Of a stretch of 64,000 nt of DNA, positions 22,881 through 36,295 are shown piece by piece (position 1 is the first letter of the stretch; each line of letters opens with the position of its first letter). The DNA is from Mobula hypostoma (lineage: Eukaryota): NCBI RefSeq assembly GCF_963921235.1, contig NC_086111.1, positions 37,448,001 through 37,512,000 of the forward strand. The letters are read 5' to 3'. The notes below the pieces were generated by a model that had not been told where the DNA came from, did not search any database, and was given only the letters and a program-made list of their open reading frames with translations. A program made the translations under genes and the position numbers.

Positions 22881-23315
22881 CAGAATTTGTTTCTTTCCAA
22901 TTCAGCACAGAATTATAACTCGAGATTGAAATTCAGCCTCGACTACAGATTACATACAGTATTTAATTTTCAGTCTTCTCTGCACTTGTTTTACATTTGT
23001 GTTTCACCCTAATGGACTCTCCAATCAGTTTCTTACGTTTTGGGTGAAGGGGTTAAGGAAGAATGTAATATTAAGAATCTTTGTGATGTTTGTCTCCATG
23101 ACTCTAAGAAGGCATTCAAGACCAACTATTTGCTGGGTTTGGTTCCCCCCCACCGCCCCCCCATTGTAAAGGAACGTTAAAAGACCATTGAATTGTTTGA
23201 CTTCTGCTACCTCTTGTCACATCCTTCAACTACATTCTGCTGTGAAATTCAATATGCTGTATCAGCACATAAATATGAATCTAGTTTTTTAAAACTGTAT
23301 TTATTTTGAAGATAA

Positions 23316-24401
23316 CAGGTGTCCCCCGCTTTTCGAACATTCGCTTTACAAAACCTCACTGTTACGAAAGACCTACATTAGTACCCTGTTTTCGCTTTCA
23401 GAAGGTGTTTTCACTGTTACGAAGAAAGGCAGCGCGCGATAAAAAATCAGTGCGCGAAAAAATCCGCGCGCGATAAAAGGCAGTGCGCGTCCCGAGCAGC
23501 CGCTCTCCCCCGGATTCGGAACGGCATTGCTTAAACACGTGCCTATGAGCAGCCATTAGCAAGATGAGTTCTGAGGTATTGGAAAAGCCTAAAAGAGCTT
23601 GTAAAGGTGTTACACTTAGCGTAAAACTAGACATAATTAAGTGTTTCGATTGTGGTGAACGAAGCAAGGACAAGATGAGTTTGGCTTGTGGAAGGTGATG
23701 AAGATGATGTTGAAGAGGTTTTGGCCGATTTCCGATTGCATCGCCTCTGATCTGGGCCGACAATTACGTGTCGGCAGCACCTAATCAATTAGCATGTTTA
23801 TTTCGGCTTTTTTCTTAAAGATGTGCCGTGTGCATCCCGGCTACTGCTGCGTTCTTCATGGCAATGTATCAGGTCGGCAGCCCGGAGGGTGGGGGGCCAC
23901 TGCACCACCCAAACTGCGATGACTCAGCCTAACACACCATCATCAGTTTGCTCGGCAAGCTGTCTTCCCGATTCTGGTAAGTGATACTACACTGTGCATA
24001 TATTATTTCTATTTTATATAGGCTGTGTATTTTTACATGTTATTTGGTAGATTTGGCAGCCTCATAGCTTAAAGGTTACTGGCGAGCGCGTTTATGCCAA
24101 CAGCGCTTGCGTGAGATTTTCTGCCGAGAGCGCTTGCATGAGATTTTCGCTACGGAGGCAATCGTTGTAGAGAAGTATTTCTACTTTATATAGGCTGTGT
24201 ATTTATCATATCATTCCTGCTTTTACTATATGTTACTGTTATTTTAGGTTTTATGTGTTATTTGTCATGATTTTTGGGTCTGCGAACGCTCACAAAATTT
24301 TCCCATATAAATAAACGGTATTTGCTTCTTCGCTTTACGACATTTTGGCTTACGAACCATTTCATAGGAACGCTCTACCTTCGGATGGCGGGGGAAACCT
24401 G
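23316..24401 (+). mobile_element. Non-autonomous Tigger/pogo (Tc1-mariner) element
   Basis: Imperfect TIRs caggtgtcccccgc...gcgggggaaacctg, TA at the right flank, N-terminal transposase stub MSSEVLEKPKRACKGVTLSVKLDIIKCFDCGERSKD at ~23564-23675. Confidence 0.85.
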
Positions 24402-24732
24402 TATACCGTTATTTTATCCAACGCAAAAAATTCTTCAATTAAGGCGATGAGCTGAAAACTATCCTCTGCAACTCAGCTTTCTATTGTCAGCCATCATGTG
24501 TCAAAAGGATTTCTTAATCTGATTTCCTCCTCCTCCAATCTTACCACCTTTTTGGTACTGTGTATGTTATTCACCAAAGCTGACATGGCGTGAACTCATT
24601 TTGAACCTAATTGGGCTTTTGGAACTGTGACACAAGTGCAAACATTGTATTGCCACAATCCCATAACTGCAGGAAGTTAGAACAATATAATTTTAAAGAA
24701 AATGGGAAACCTCTTTGATCACTTGATGTGAA

Positions 24733-25311
24733 TGTAGCTCACTGTAAGGTTTCACTGCTAATGTAATGGCTTCTCTGTAACGATCCACTGCTAAGGTAAT
24801 GGTTTTTCTTTAGCAGCAATGTTTGGGTTATGACTAGAGATAATGGGGCATGTTAGCCAATGAGCAGGATGTTGTTCTTTCTTGTGTGCCAGGGAGCAGG
24901 GAGTTCGCGGTCTTTTATCCGGAGCAATGAAGAGAGAGGATGTGAATGGAGAGAGCTAGTATACCGCCAGACTGAATGGATTGAGGAGCATGGGTCCAAG
25001 CATCGGCTACGCTCGGAGGAGGTTGACGGGAACAAATGGACGACGCTGTGAGCTCCAGTGTTGCGCATTAGACTGTTTCATGAGAAGGGGTCCTTTTCTT
25101 TTTTTTGTTTCTTTACTAACCATATAGTTAAATTAAGAATTATTAAGCTCAATAGTTTAATCACATATTGTGTACTGTTTGTTATTTCGTGGTACCGATT
25201 TGTAACAGGGGACACATCGCGCAGCATCCTGCCAAACGAGATTTCTTAAATTTGGCCGGGCTTGGTGCTATCATCCTCTAGATTAAGCTGCTAGCCGAAC
25301 CGAGGGTTACA
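24733..25311 (+). mobile_element. Solo LTR family C (related to family B)
   Basis: TGTAGC...GTTACA termini, 4-bp TSD TGAA (24729-24732 and 25312-25315). Confidence 0.88.
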
Positions 25312-28300
25312 TGAATATAATTGGGACCTGCTGTGTGTTTTGGGAGAAGAAATGGCTTGAAAACTCCAGGCTTACCTATAATTTAAGTTATGTTTCCCAT
25401 GAATGTAACAGTGTTCATAAACTAACTTCAGAAGTTATCAAAATCTGATTGCTTCCCAAGCAAAATTTTAACTTTAAAATGACTGCTGCTGTAATCTTCT
25501 TACATTTTTCTAAATTACTAATTAAAATTTAACTTGCTGTATTGTGGACAACATTAACCTGCAAAGTGTAAGTCTTCCCAGATCATGGGGATAAGGCTTT
25601 ACATTAAAAATGAGTCAACTTGGAAACATTAAACACAAACACAATATCAATGGAAAATCCACAGCCAGGGAAACGAATTGTGCTGGAAATAGGGGAAAAG
25701 GGTTGGGATTATTTTGTTGTTGATGTACATTTGATAATTAATTAAGGTGGAAATGTTATTCTGTAAAGTATTCTGTTTGGTAACTGTCTTAATGTTTTTC
25801 AATGTGTGTGTAGGAGGAATTTGCCTCCAGCAAAAACACATATGTTTGCTAATTGGCTCGCACTTTGATCATTTCAAACAAATAACTTGAATTCTATGCA
25901 ATGTAGGATGTAATTTTATCAAAACTTTCTGAAAGAGTTATCAGCAATGTAACAACCGAATAAAGCCAATATTATACAATTTTGCAGGAAAACTTAGCTT
26001 TCAATTTGAAGTAGTTGATCACAGAGAGCAGACAGCACGGATTAGATAGTGTGATGGGGAAAACTGGAAATGTTTGGACTTACAATGGATTGGGATTTTG
26101 TCCATTCCAAACCACGTAAGTCTGGCCCATTGTAATTTTAAGGTCCTGGCATCCAGGTCTCTGACCCTACATTAATGAGTTCTCCTTAATCATGTACATT
26201 GGACTTTGATTGATACCATCACCAAAACCTAGTCAACTAATTTAACCTAATAGATGTTCGAGAACCTCGCCTTCAGGGAATACTAGTCAGGTCCAGAAAA
26301 GTCTCAACAAGGATTATCTGCCAAACGTTCTTTGTCAGTCAAAATGATCAGGAATGCCCTTCTGGGCTCCTCGAGAACACTCGAATCTCTCTTGGTCCAA
26401 GTATTTCACTGAGGGTAAAGCACTTTTAACCCTCAAGCTCGTGAAATACACTATATGATCACGTTTACCCTTTCTTTCGGTTTATCCCACTGACTTAATT
26501 AAGATATGGAATGCAAAAGGTGTGAAAATAAATCTATCTTTAGTACCAGTCTTCTTTCTCCATTACATTGCTCCATTACAATGTTGAAATTGAGAAATGT
26601 GACGTTTTTAATTTGGATGTATCTAGATTCAGTGGGAATTAAGGAATGGTGATAGTCAGACCACCAATAAGTAAGTATCAGTTTGCAGACAATGAAATGA
26701 CCCAAATTGAATATATTTAAGGATGAGTATGTTTAGTTTAAATAACTGAGACACTGCAAGAGATATTTTAAATGAGTTAATGAAATTAATGTGTATAAAG
26801 TAATCCATAAACTTTTATGTAATGCTATCTGCTCCCAGTCAGAGACTTTGTCTAGACTACATTTCAGTACAGTATTTCGCTATCATAAATGCCAGATTTG
26901 TGATGAAACAACAACTATAACCATCATCTGCCTCTCCAGGTGGTTGGAGAGGATTGCATTGTAATTTTAGCTGAGAGCAGGTGATCTTCCCAGCAACCAA
27001 ACTAATCAAATTCCTCAAATGGCTTTCAAAGCTGATGGGTTTGCAGGGAACTATTAGCTAGCTGTATTGAACATGTCAGCATGTTCTAGAGTGCCATGCT
27101 TGTATATTACAGTTCAAAGATAAAGAATTTATTGAAGGTCAGATCCAGCATGTAACAGGTAAAAATAGTATGTCCTCATTCATTGAAACGGGGTCACTGT
27201 TTATTTAAACTTTATTTTAAGTAGTATTAATAATTTAAGTTACATCAGTTAATTGTTTTCAGATGAATTGATTATTTATTGATTTACTAATATTTTATAA
27301 TTAAAAATATTTTAACATTCTTCAACTGTTTCTAAATATCCTAGTGGTTAGTTATGTTTTCTGAACCCAGCCAATGTTCGCTGCGTACTCCACTAAGAAC
27401 AGACCCCTAGTAGGAATACATCAGGATCGTTGTTCATCAACCACCAATACAATATCGATAAACTGTGGGGTGGGGGCGGTGAAGTGGTGCCAAGTCCTGC
27501 CACTTCCAGCCGATGATGAAATTTATCTGATTGCTATAAAGCATGCAAATTGCTTCTGCAATGTTCTGAAAGATTACGTTTGAAAATAGTTAGTTTGGTG
27601 TGAAATGCTTTGCTATTCTGCGTTAACATCTGCCAAGACGGATCACAGCATATGAAAGAATGTTGAACAGCCATAGATTCATACAACATGGGAGGAGGTC
27701 CTTCAGCTCGACTTGTCCATACTGACCAAGATATCCATAAAAGCTAGTCCCCTTTGACTGAATTTGACCCAGATTCCTCAAAGCATGCACATTAATCTTT
27801 TGAAAGCTTGTTCGATTTATATAAAATTTTCTAAGGACATCATCAATCTTTTTCTTTTATTTACTCTAACCTATAGTTATCCTTTCGACTTAAGGGGATT
27901 ATTATACTGAGTGAAAATCTTAGCACCATTTTTTTTCCTTAAGCTTCAAAAATAACTGCTATTACAAATATAAGGTAACTTTTTTCTACATTCCATTTTG
28001 TGTGATTGTGATGCTACAGCTAGGACTTGAAAAAGTTAATAACTTAGGATGAAAGGATTTGGTGCCAAATTATTTTTATATTCCATAAGTTAATCACATT
28101 GATCTGCAGAAAGGAAATTCAGTAGACACTCACAAGTGTTTTGTTTCACAGAAAGTATGCCAGCTTAATTATTCAATTACAACTCTTGTGTTTAGCTATG
28201 TCATAAATCCCTTATGCTTTTCCACTTGTGTAATTAATAATTAACCTGTTGGTGCAGCACACAAATAATGTCAGTGTCTGTTTGTTTGTAAATGTTCTGC

Positions 28301-30184
28301 ACCATATTGAGTTTTTGTTAGTTTGTCACCAGTTCCTAGTAATCTTAGCATTGCTTGTAAAAACTGAGCTTAAGTGTCTTGAAATGCTTGATTATACTGT
28401 GCAATTAAGTTACCACATTTATGTTTAGGCAGATGCTATTTACAAAGACTTATTTTCTTCTGTGTTTATTAAAATCATCTGAGTTTGCATCAAAATTAAT
28501 ATATGAGTGACAGCACGATCTTAAGCAATTCAGTCTTCTATCTTAACACACTCTAAGCTAGACTATTTTAAGTGTACTTGGATATACAGTTCAGCAGAAT
28601 TAGACGATTATTTTCAAAAGCAATGCTTATTTATACCAGAAGAGAGTCTAAAAACTTTAATTCTACTGTCATTCTACATCAGCTTCTGCCAATACTGTTC
28701 TCAGCATACCAAAGAATGTTGTGCATCCACATTTTTTGAAAAGTATATTTTCATACTCAAATTCATATATGCATTTTTTTGGAATCAGAATTTGATGTTG
28801 CTTCTCATGCACTGATGTACCATGAAGAATCCATTACTATGCCTTAACCTAACTCAAATAGCCAGGGAGAATTGTGCCCTTCACTAATACAGTATAATGT
28901 GAATTTCTTTATTCCCATACCAGAGTTTGCCATAGTTTGTTGTGTGTGTGCGTGCTTGTGTGTATAATTTTATTAAGTGGGAGAAAGGTGTCAACACGTA
29001 AGCCCAACTTATTGGGTACTATGTATAATGCCAGACATTTTTTCCTATCGCTATGTAATTTTTTTGACACTGGAATCTTTTTATGGTGGTCTCAGATGTT
29101 AAGTTTAGAGTGGATACAACAGAGGAAGGCTTTAGATGTAGAAGGCTATCCAGTATTCCACACCTTCATAAATAATTCATACTTGAGGGATGAGATTATG
29201 AATGATTTGACTGACTAACAGCAACTTTGTCAACTGCATGAAACCTATGGAGTGAAAATGGATACCACTGGGTATGTGCTTGAGATGTTGTTTAATTATG
29301 CCTTGCCCATTTCTTCCACCACATGATGAATATAAAATATGCCATAGCAAATATTTGCATGATCTAATTTTAAGAGTGAAAACATGTAATGAAAATTTGA
29401 TTTCCATTTCTTCATATGGCAAATATGGAACAATCATTATAAATCCAGTTGCTTAGTTGATCAGAACCCATTGAAGAAAGGAATGTTTCCATCAATAGAT
29501 CACTAGGAATGAATGTGATCTGATGTTCCACTGGTAAAGTTTAAATAATCATCCTCTATCATCCTTGGGAGGACCTCCTTGAGATGTTGCAGCTTGCAAA
29601 CTTACTGAATCTATGCACATGTTGCTTTTGGACCATACAGAGGAGGACATATTCATTTTCCCTCAAGTGGAGAAACTCCAAAGATTTCCACAGATGGTAG
29701 CATCCCACACATTCCTAATGTTGCTGGAATAATTTTGATGCAAAGAAATTGAGGTTCATTGTCTCATGCAGAACCACAGGCAAAATAAAACCTTGCATGT
29801 CCCTGGAGATGCAGTTCCAGATTACCTTGGTTATTAACACAATTTTGTGACTGAATTTCCATAGTAATCTCTCCTCACAGGTGCAGAAAGGAAAACTGCT
29901 CTTCAATAATGCATTAATTGTACATTCATCTAAAATCAACTCACTCACCACCGATGAGGACTCTTCTTCCCCTCCTTCCCCATCCTCTACTTTTTAGGCT
30001 GGTTGTCCAGGTTATCTGCCCTTTCTTGATCCTCTCGGTCATGTTGGAAATCTAGAAACATGGTAATCAACTGAATAATCTCAATTATTGGTGTCCCTTT
30101 AAATGTACTGTAGATGTGTGCATGGGTATGGATGTTGGGGGGAGGGGAAGGGGGCAAGTAGGGTCTTCAGCTGCTAAACATTGC

Positions 30185-30208
30185 TCTCTCTCTCTCTCTC
30201 TCTCTCTT
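30185..30208. repeat. (CT)n microsatellite
   Basis: Run of ct dinucleotides. Confidence 0.9.
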
Positions 30209-30483
30209 TAACACAAGCTAATTTGGCAGGAATAAGGACCAACATCACTAACTATCCACTCTGCATACTTTCCAGATGAGCGAGAAAGCTAATTTGCTTG
30301 ACGGCCTCAGTCTAGTTAAGTGCGTATGCACACAATTCATACAGCATCTTACAAACAAATGTTTTCAAGTAACATCAAGTGAAAGCACTGCAGAGCCAAG
30401 TTCTCGTCACATAAAATTTATGTTGGTTTGGTTCGTGTGATGATTAAAATTCATGGCAAATGTATCTGAAGTTACTTTGCATA

Positions 30484-31044
30484 CAGTACTGTTCAAAAGG
30501 CTCATATGTATAGCTAGGGTGCCTAAGACATTTGTACAGTACAATAGTAATTTAATGCATTGCACTGTATTGCTGCTGCTGCAAAAAATATAAAATTGAT
30601 GACCTACTGTATGTGAGTGATGACAAACCTCATTCTGATTTGGGTTTCTATTGTGGATAGAGAGTGGGAAGGGGACAAGGAGAGGGGAATTATGGTTGGG
30701 AAAAGGGGAAAGAAGAGGGGAGGGAGCCAGAAGCACCCAAGGGATATTCTGTAGTGGTTAATAAACCAATTGTTTGGAATCAAATTATTTTTGCCTGGTG
30801 CCTCATTGCTGGCTGTGTCTGCATTGGTGCCATCCCCCACCCGTCCCAGTATCCTTCTCTGCCACCTGTCCCACACCCCTCCCTCGGCCCTCCATTCTCA
30901 CCATGCCCAACATCCTTTGCTCCTGCCAGATTTAAAAACTCGCTCTCTGCTCCACATTGACGAATACAGTGCTGTGTAAAGTCTTAGGCACCATATATAT
31001 ATATATATATATATATCTATGCCTGAGACTTTTGCACAGCACTA
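30484..31044. mobile_element. Tc1-like non-autonomous composite bounded by two mini TIR-pair hairpins
   Basis: TA-cagtactgttcaaaag...gtgcctaagacatttgtacagtac (30484-30543) and cagtgctgtgtaaagtcttaggcacc-(AT)n-gcctgagacttttgcacagcact-TA (30967-31044). Confidence 0.7.
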
Positions 31045-31529
31045 TATCTCTCAAAACTGTAGGCTCAAGTACATCATTTATATATACTACTTTGTTTATA
31101 TATTCATCCTTAGGATGAGTATATTGCTGGGTAGCTCAGGGGTTATTTATTTTGCTTACTATACAAATTGTTTCTACTTTTAAATCTAATCTGACAACCA
31201 GTCCAGCTCTCTAATGTGCTTCAGCTCCTCTCATTAGTCTCTCCCTGACAACATTAATAGGTCACTCTTCTTCTTAATCAGCCGAGTCTTGTTTTATTTC
31301 AGTGCTGCAGTCCTACTGGTAGTCATTATCTGGACAGATTACGTTCAGTGTACTGATATTCCTCAGTGATGAATTTGCTGAACTTTTTTTGCCCACTTCC
31401 GGAAACTCCTTCCTTTCTGCCAGTCTTTCAGTTGAATCCAGCCACTGGTGGAGCTCCAAACCTCCTGATCCCCACTTTGATAAAACCTAAATTGATTTTA
31501 TTATTTAATCTCAACTTTATTCTCAGCAG

Positions 31530-31995
31530 CTTTCCTGCAGATGTACAGTGGAGATTATATTGACTGGTTGCATCACAGCCGGGTATGGAAACACCAGTGC
31601 CCTTGAACGGAAAAGCCTACAAAAATTAGTGGCTACAGCGCAATCCATCACAGGTAAAGCTCTCTCCACTACTGAGCACACCTACGTGGAGCTCTACTGC
31701 AGGAAAGCAGCATCCATCATCAAGGACTCTCACCATTAAGGCTATGCGCTGTTTTCCCTGCTGCTATCTGGAAGGAGGTATCTGGAACCCACAGCACCAG
31801 GTTCAGGAAGTTATTACCCCTCAACCATCAGGCTCTTGACCCAGAGGAGATAACTTCATTCAACTTCACTCACCCCAAAACTGAACTTTTCCCACAACCT
31901 ATTGACTCACTTTCCAAAGACTCTTCATCTCATATTCTCAACTTTTATTTAATATCATTTTTTAATTTTTTATTTACTGTGAATGACTGCTAGAA
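31530..31995 (+). mobile_element. Rex1/Babar-like LINE 3' fragment
   Basis: EIILTGCITAGYGNTSALERKSLQKLVATAQSITG...RKAASIIKDSHH. Confidence 0.85.
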
Positions 31996-32087
31996 CACAA
32001 CAAAAAAGATATATCTATAAAGGAAGAATATGATATTTTGTTGTTCAAATGTTGACTTCTCATATAATCTTCCTGCATATCTGTTTA

Positions 32088-32612
32088 TAGAGTCATAGAA
32101 CACTACAGCTCAGAAGCAGGCTATTTGGCCTATCTAGTTCATGCTGAACCATGAATCTGCCTAGTTCCATCGAGCTGCACCCGGACCATAACCCTCCACA
32201 CACCCGACACCACCCCCCATCCATATACCTATCCAAATTTCTCTTAAGTGTTATAATCAACCCGACATCCACCACTTGTGCTGGCAGCTTGTTCCACACT
32301 CTCACCACCCTCTGAAGTTTCACCTCATTTCACCTTTCATCCTTAACCCATGACCTCTGGTTGTAGTCCCAACCAATCTTATAATTTTGTATACCTCTAG
32401 CTTCTACGTTCCTGGGAATACAGTCATAACCAATTCAGCATTTCCCCATAACTCAGATCCTCAAGTCCTAGCAATGTCCTTGTAAATTTTCTCTGCACTC
32501 TTTCAGCCTTATTTACATCTTTCCTGGAGGTAAGAGACCAAAACTAGATTCAATACTCCAAAATAGGCCTCGCCATCGTCTTATGCAATTTCAACATAAC
32601 ATCCTAACTCTT
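32088..32612 (-). mobile_element. CR1 LINE 3' fragment
   Basis: QRVVRVWNKLPAQVVD...LKRNLDRYM; ttctatgactctat tail. Confidence 0.85.
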
Positions 32613-33829
32613 GTGGTATTTCCAGTGTTCTTTTAATTCATACATTTCATTAAATGGAAAAAATGATTAATGATGATTACAGGTGCATAAAATAATGCTG
32701 CAGCATAGAATTAAGGAGTTATTTTGCATTACTAATTGATTTGAAGGGCTCTAATGACATTGTCAACAGATTTCAATTACTTGCATCAACTGAGGCAAAA
32801 GGTAACACATGTGGGTTAAATTGATTGTTTTGGGTGCTTTGTTGCAAATATTGAATGATTAATGTTTTACAGCAAAGTTTGTTCACAAGATTGGTGTTAA
32901 TGAACAAGGAGGTGTAAATTTATTATGTGTTTAGCCTACCATAAACTCTTTACAAAGTGACAAATGCTGAAGACTCTGATGTGTAAAAAAACACGCAGAA
33001 GAAAAATCTCCAAAATTATTGTCACATATTTTGGTCACCTTTATATATCTTTAGGTATTTCCCCCTTGCTCAAACTATTCACCATTCTATAAATGATACG
33101 ATCACCAAACAGCATCGTCCCTATTTTGCAGATATTTTACACCATTCTTAAGCAAGTTCTCTGAAAGTGAACACTCTGATGCATACTGTAGGCCTTTATT
33201 CTGTCTTCGTTTCTCTGTTTTGTTATCCGCTGTGACCATGAAGGTACATTTTGACATGTAAGATCTCTGCAATCCTGTGGATTATGAACATTAGGAAGGC
33301 CTGTGGTTTATTGAGGATGTGTGTTACCAGTTACCTGAAGCATTTTTCCCCTTGTTCGTCGTCCACCTCAGTGCTAATAAATTACAAAACAGACATAACA
33401 ATTGGTTTAAATGTGCCACAAATGTGTTACAAACTATAGTTTGTAATAGAGTGAAAACATGTCTGGCTTTGAGTTCATCATTAATAATAGCTTCCAAATT
33501 TTAGTCCAGAAATACCTTGAAATATGACAACCTTTGAGAATAGCCAAATGGAAATGTTCAGAAATGCGTCTTGATCTGCTTTACCTTTGTTTTCCCAGAC
33601 CAGATAAAATCTTGAATGTTATATTATAAGTAGACCATTCAACCCATTATACAATGTTAACAGTCTTCCATGCTCAGTCCCTAAGCCCTGAAAATATTAT
33701 GTCCCTTTAGAAATATATTCATTTCTCTTACTAAAAGTCTTGTTTGTTTTCTTCCATTATCTCTTCCAATATTTGGTTTTGCAAGTGACAAAAGGCATGT
33801 CCTTAAGCTAGCCATGAGCAAGGATATGA

Positions 33830-35583
33830 GTCAATGGTATGGGAAAGTATTTAATTAGGAGAGGGTTATTTATGAGGGTGTCAGACAGGAACTTGAGCCC
33901 ATAAGTTGGGAGCAGATGTTGTCAGGGAAATGCACAATGGAAAAGTGGACGGTGTTTAGGGAACACATGCATGATGTTCTAGATAGGTTTGTCCCATTGA
34001 GACAGGGAAAGAAAGGTAGGGTGAAGGGACCATTGTTGTCAAGAGAGGTGTAACTTCTAATTAAGATGAAGAAAGATGCATACTTAAGGTTTAGGAAGCA
34101 AAGATCAGCAAAGAGCATAAGAAGCAACAAGAGAGCTGGAAGGGACCATTAGAAGGCCATTCTATCCCATGTTGTATTAGCCAAGAAGGGCCAAAAGGCC
34201 TGTTTCTGTGCTGTAGTTTTTCTATGGTTTCTATTCCGTGTGCAGGTCAGTGGGACTAAGCAGAAAATGGTTGGGCACAGCCAAGAAGGGCCAAAAGGCC
34301 TGTTTCGTTGCTGTAGTTTTTCTATGGTTTCTATGGTTTTCTAAGGCTTTGATGAGTAAGATTAAGGAAAATCTCATGGTGTTCTATATGCACATGAAGA
34401 ATAGGAGGAAGACCAGAGTAATGATAGGATTGCTGAGGGATAAAGGGGGAAACTTGTGGCAGGGTCAGAGGGCATGGAGAGGTCATTAATAGATGCTTCA
34501 CTTCAGTAATCATGAGGGAAAGGGACTTTGGTGAATGAGAGATCAGTGTAGAACAGAATAATGCACTGGAGCATGTTGAGGTTAAGAAAGAAGATGTGCG
34601 GGAACTTTTAAGAAACATTAGGATAGGTAAGTCCCCGGGGCCGGATGGGATATACCCCAGGTTACTATGGAGGTGATGGAAGAGGTTACTGCACCTTTGA
34701 CGATGATCTTTGTGTTCTCATTAGCCACAGTAGAGGTACCAGAGGATTGCAGCATGGCAAATGGTGTACATTTGTTGAAGAAGGGTAATAGGGTCAATAA
34801 TGGGAACTATAAACCTGTGAGTCTTATCTCAGTGGTAGGCAAACTAATGGAGAGGATGCTTAGGAACAAGATTTACAAATATTTGGAGAGGCATAGCCTT
34901 ATTAGGGATATTTGGCATGCTTTTTTTGAGGGGCAGGCCATACCTCACAAGCTTGATTGTCTATTTCAAGGAAGTGACTTAATAGATTGTGGGAGGTTTT
35001 CCCCACTACCAACCCCGCCTATAATAACCTTAAAGAACCTTTGTGTTTAGAGTACACTTGGAGTATGTGTTCAGTTCTGGTCACCTCCTTATGGGAAGCT
35101 TGTGGAAGTATAAGAGAGCATGCAGAAGAGGTTTACCAGGTTGTTGGCTGGATTATAGAACATGTCTTATGAGTAAAGGTTGAGCAATCTATGGAGTGAA
35201 GGAGAATAGGAGGTGGTTGATAGAGGTGTATAAGATGATAATTGATAAGAGTGGACAGGCAGTGCCATGTCCCCAGGGTGGCAATGGCTAATACTAGAAG
35301 ACATCCTTTTAAGGTGAGTGGAGGAAGGTATACAGGGAATATCAGAGATTCCTATTTTTCACCGATAATGCTAAGTACCTGCAATGCACTGCTGGGAGTA
35401 ATTGTTGAGCCTGATACATTAAGGACATTTAAGAGACTCTTAGACACAAGAATGAAAGAAAAATGGAGGGTTATGAGCTATGTAGAAGGGAAGGGTTTAT
35501 ACTAATCATGGACTAGGTTAAAAGTTCTGCACAGCACCATGAGCCAAAGGGCTTGTGCTGTGTCGTACTGTTCTATGTTCTAC
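33830..35583 (+). mobile_element. CR1 LINE ORF2, degenerate and internally deleted
   Basis: KIKENL..FY.HMKNRR, KSPGPDGIYPRLL, NYKPVSLISVVGKLME, TRRHPFKV; ttctatgttcta tail. Confidence 0.88.
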
Positions 35584-35689
35584 AATTCACAAACTGGGCA
35601 AATATTTGTGGAAATACCATTCACAGTATAATGTGGGAGGACATAAATTTAAAATCCCAATGAAGATTAAGTTTATTTCCACCTTTTTT

Positions 35690-36010
35690 TATGGCACAGA
35701 GGAAGCTATTTCAGTCCATGAAGTCTATGCCAGCTCACCGAGCAATCCCATTCCCTCACTAATTCTCCCTGTAACAGATTTCCCCCACAGCAACCCCAGA
35801 TTCTATTGTGGACTCACACAATGAAGACAATTTACAATGGCAAACTAACCTACAACTTTAAGTCTTTGGGATGTGGGGGGAAACCAGAGTACCAGAAGAA
35901 GTCACAGTATGAATGTGCAAACTCCAAAGAGACAGCATCAGGGGTTTGAATTGAACCTTGGTTGCTGCATCTGTAAGCAGTAGTTCTACTGCTGCACCAC
36001 TGTGTTGTCC
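35690..36010 (-). mobile_element. tRNA-derived V-SINE (HE1-like)
   Basis: Minus strand ggacaacacagtggtgcagcagtagaact...ggttcaattc (A/B-box-like head), then ggagtttgcacattc...ctctggtttcccccacatcccaaagac (V domain) and a CR1-like tail. Confidence 0.75.
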
Positions 36011-36036
36011 ACTGATTACATGAACACATTTTATTC

Positions 36037-36104
36037 ATCTATAGCCTTATGATTTGTATAAATGCTTTAATTAATCTATAGCCTCGTGATTTGTATAAAT
36101 GCTT
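36037..36104. repeat. Two-copy tandem duplication, 37-bp period
   Basis: atctatagccttatgatttgtataaatgctt / atctatagcctcgtgatttgtataaatgctt. Confidence 0.85.
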
Positions 36105-36295
36105 ATACAAATATGACCCCATAGGTTGTTTCAAAGCCATCTCTACCATCTCATAGCCATTTTATAACTGGCTCTAGATGGTATCCATTATATGGTCAAA
36201 GAATCTGCCAAAGTTACTGCAGTGACCACAACTCCAGATGCTTGATGTAGGTTGAGGGTGAACATCGAAGCTCACTTCAGTTTGTCAGCATTGGG

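Noticed and set aside
27374-27583. 69-aa ORF and minus-strand acceptor-like site in unique DNA
   Set aside because: No recognisable protein; all minus-strand frames after the acceptor reach a stop before a donor.
34179-34342. CRISPR-like repeat-spacer pattern
   Set aside because: Only two copies, and they are CR1 3' tails in eukaryotic DNA; no cas genes.
35930-36010. tRNA gene
   Set aside because: Decayed tRNA-derived SINE head fused to a V domain; no cloverleaf.
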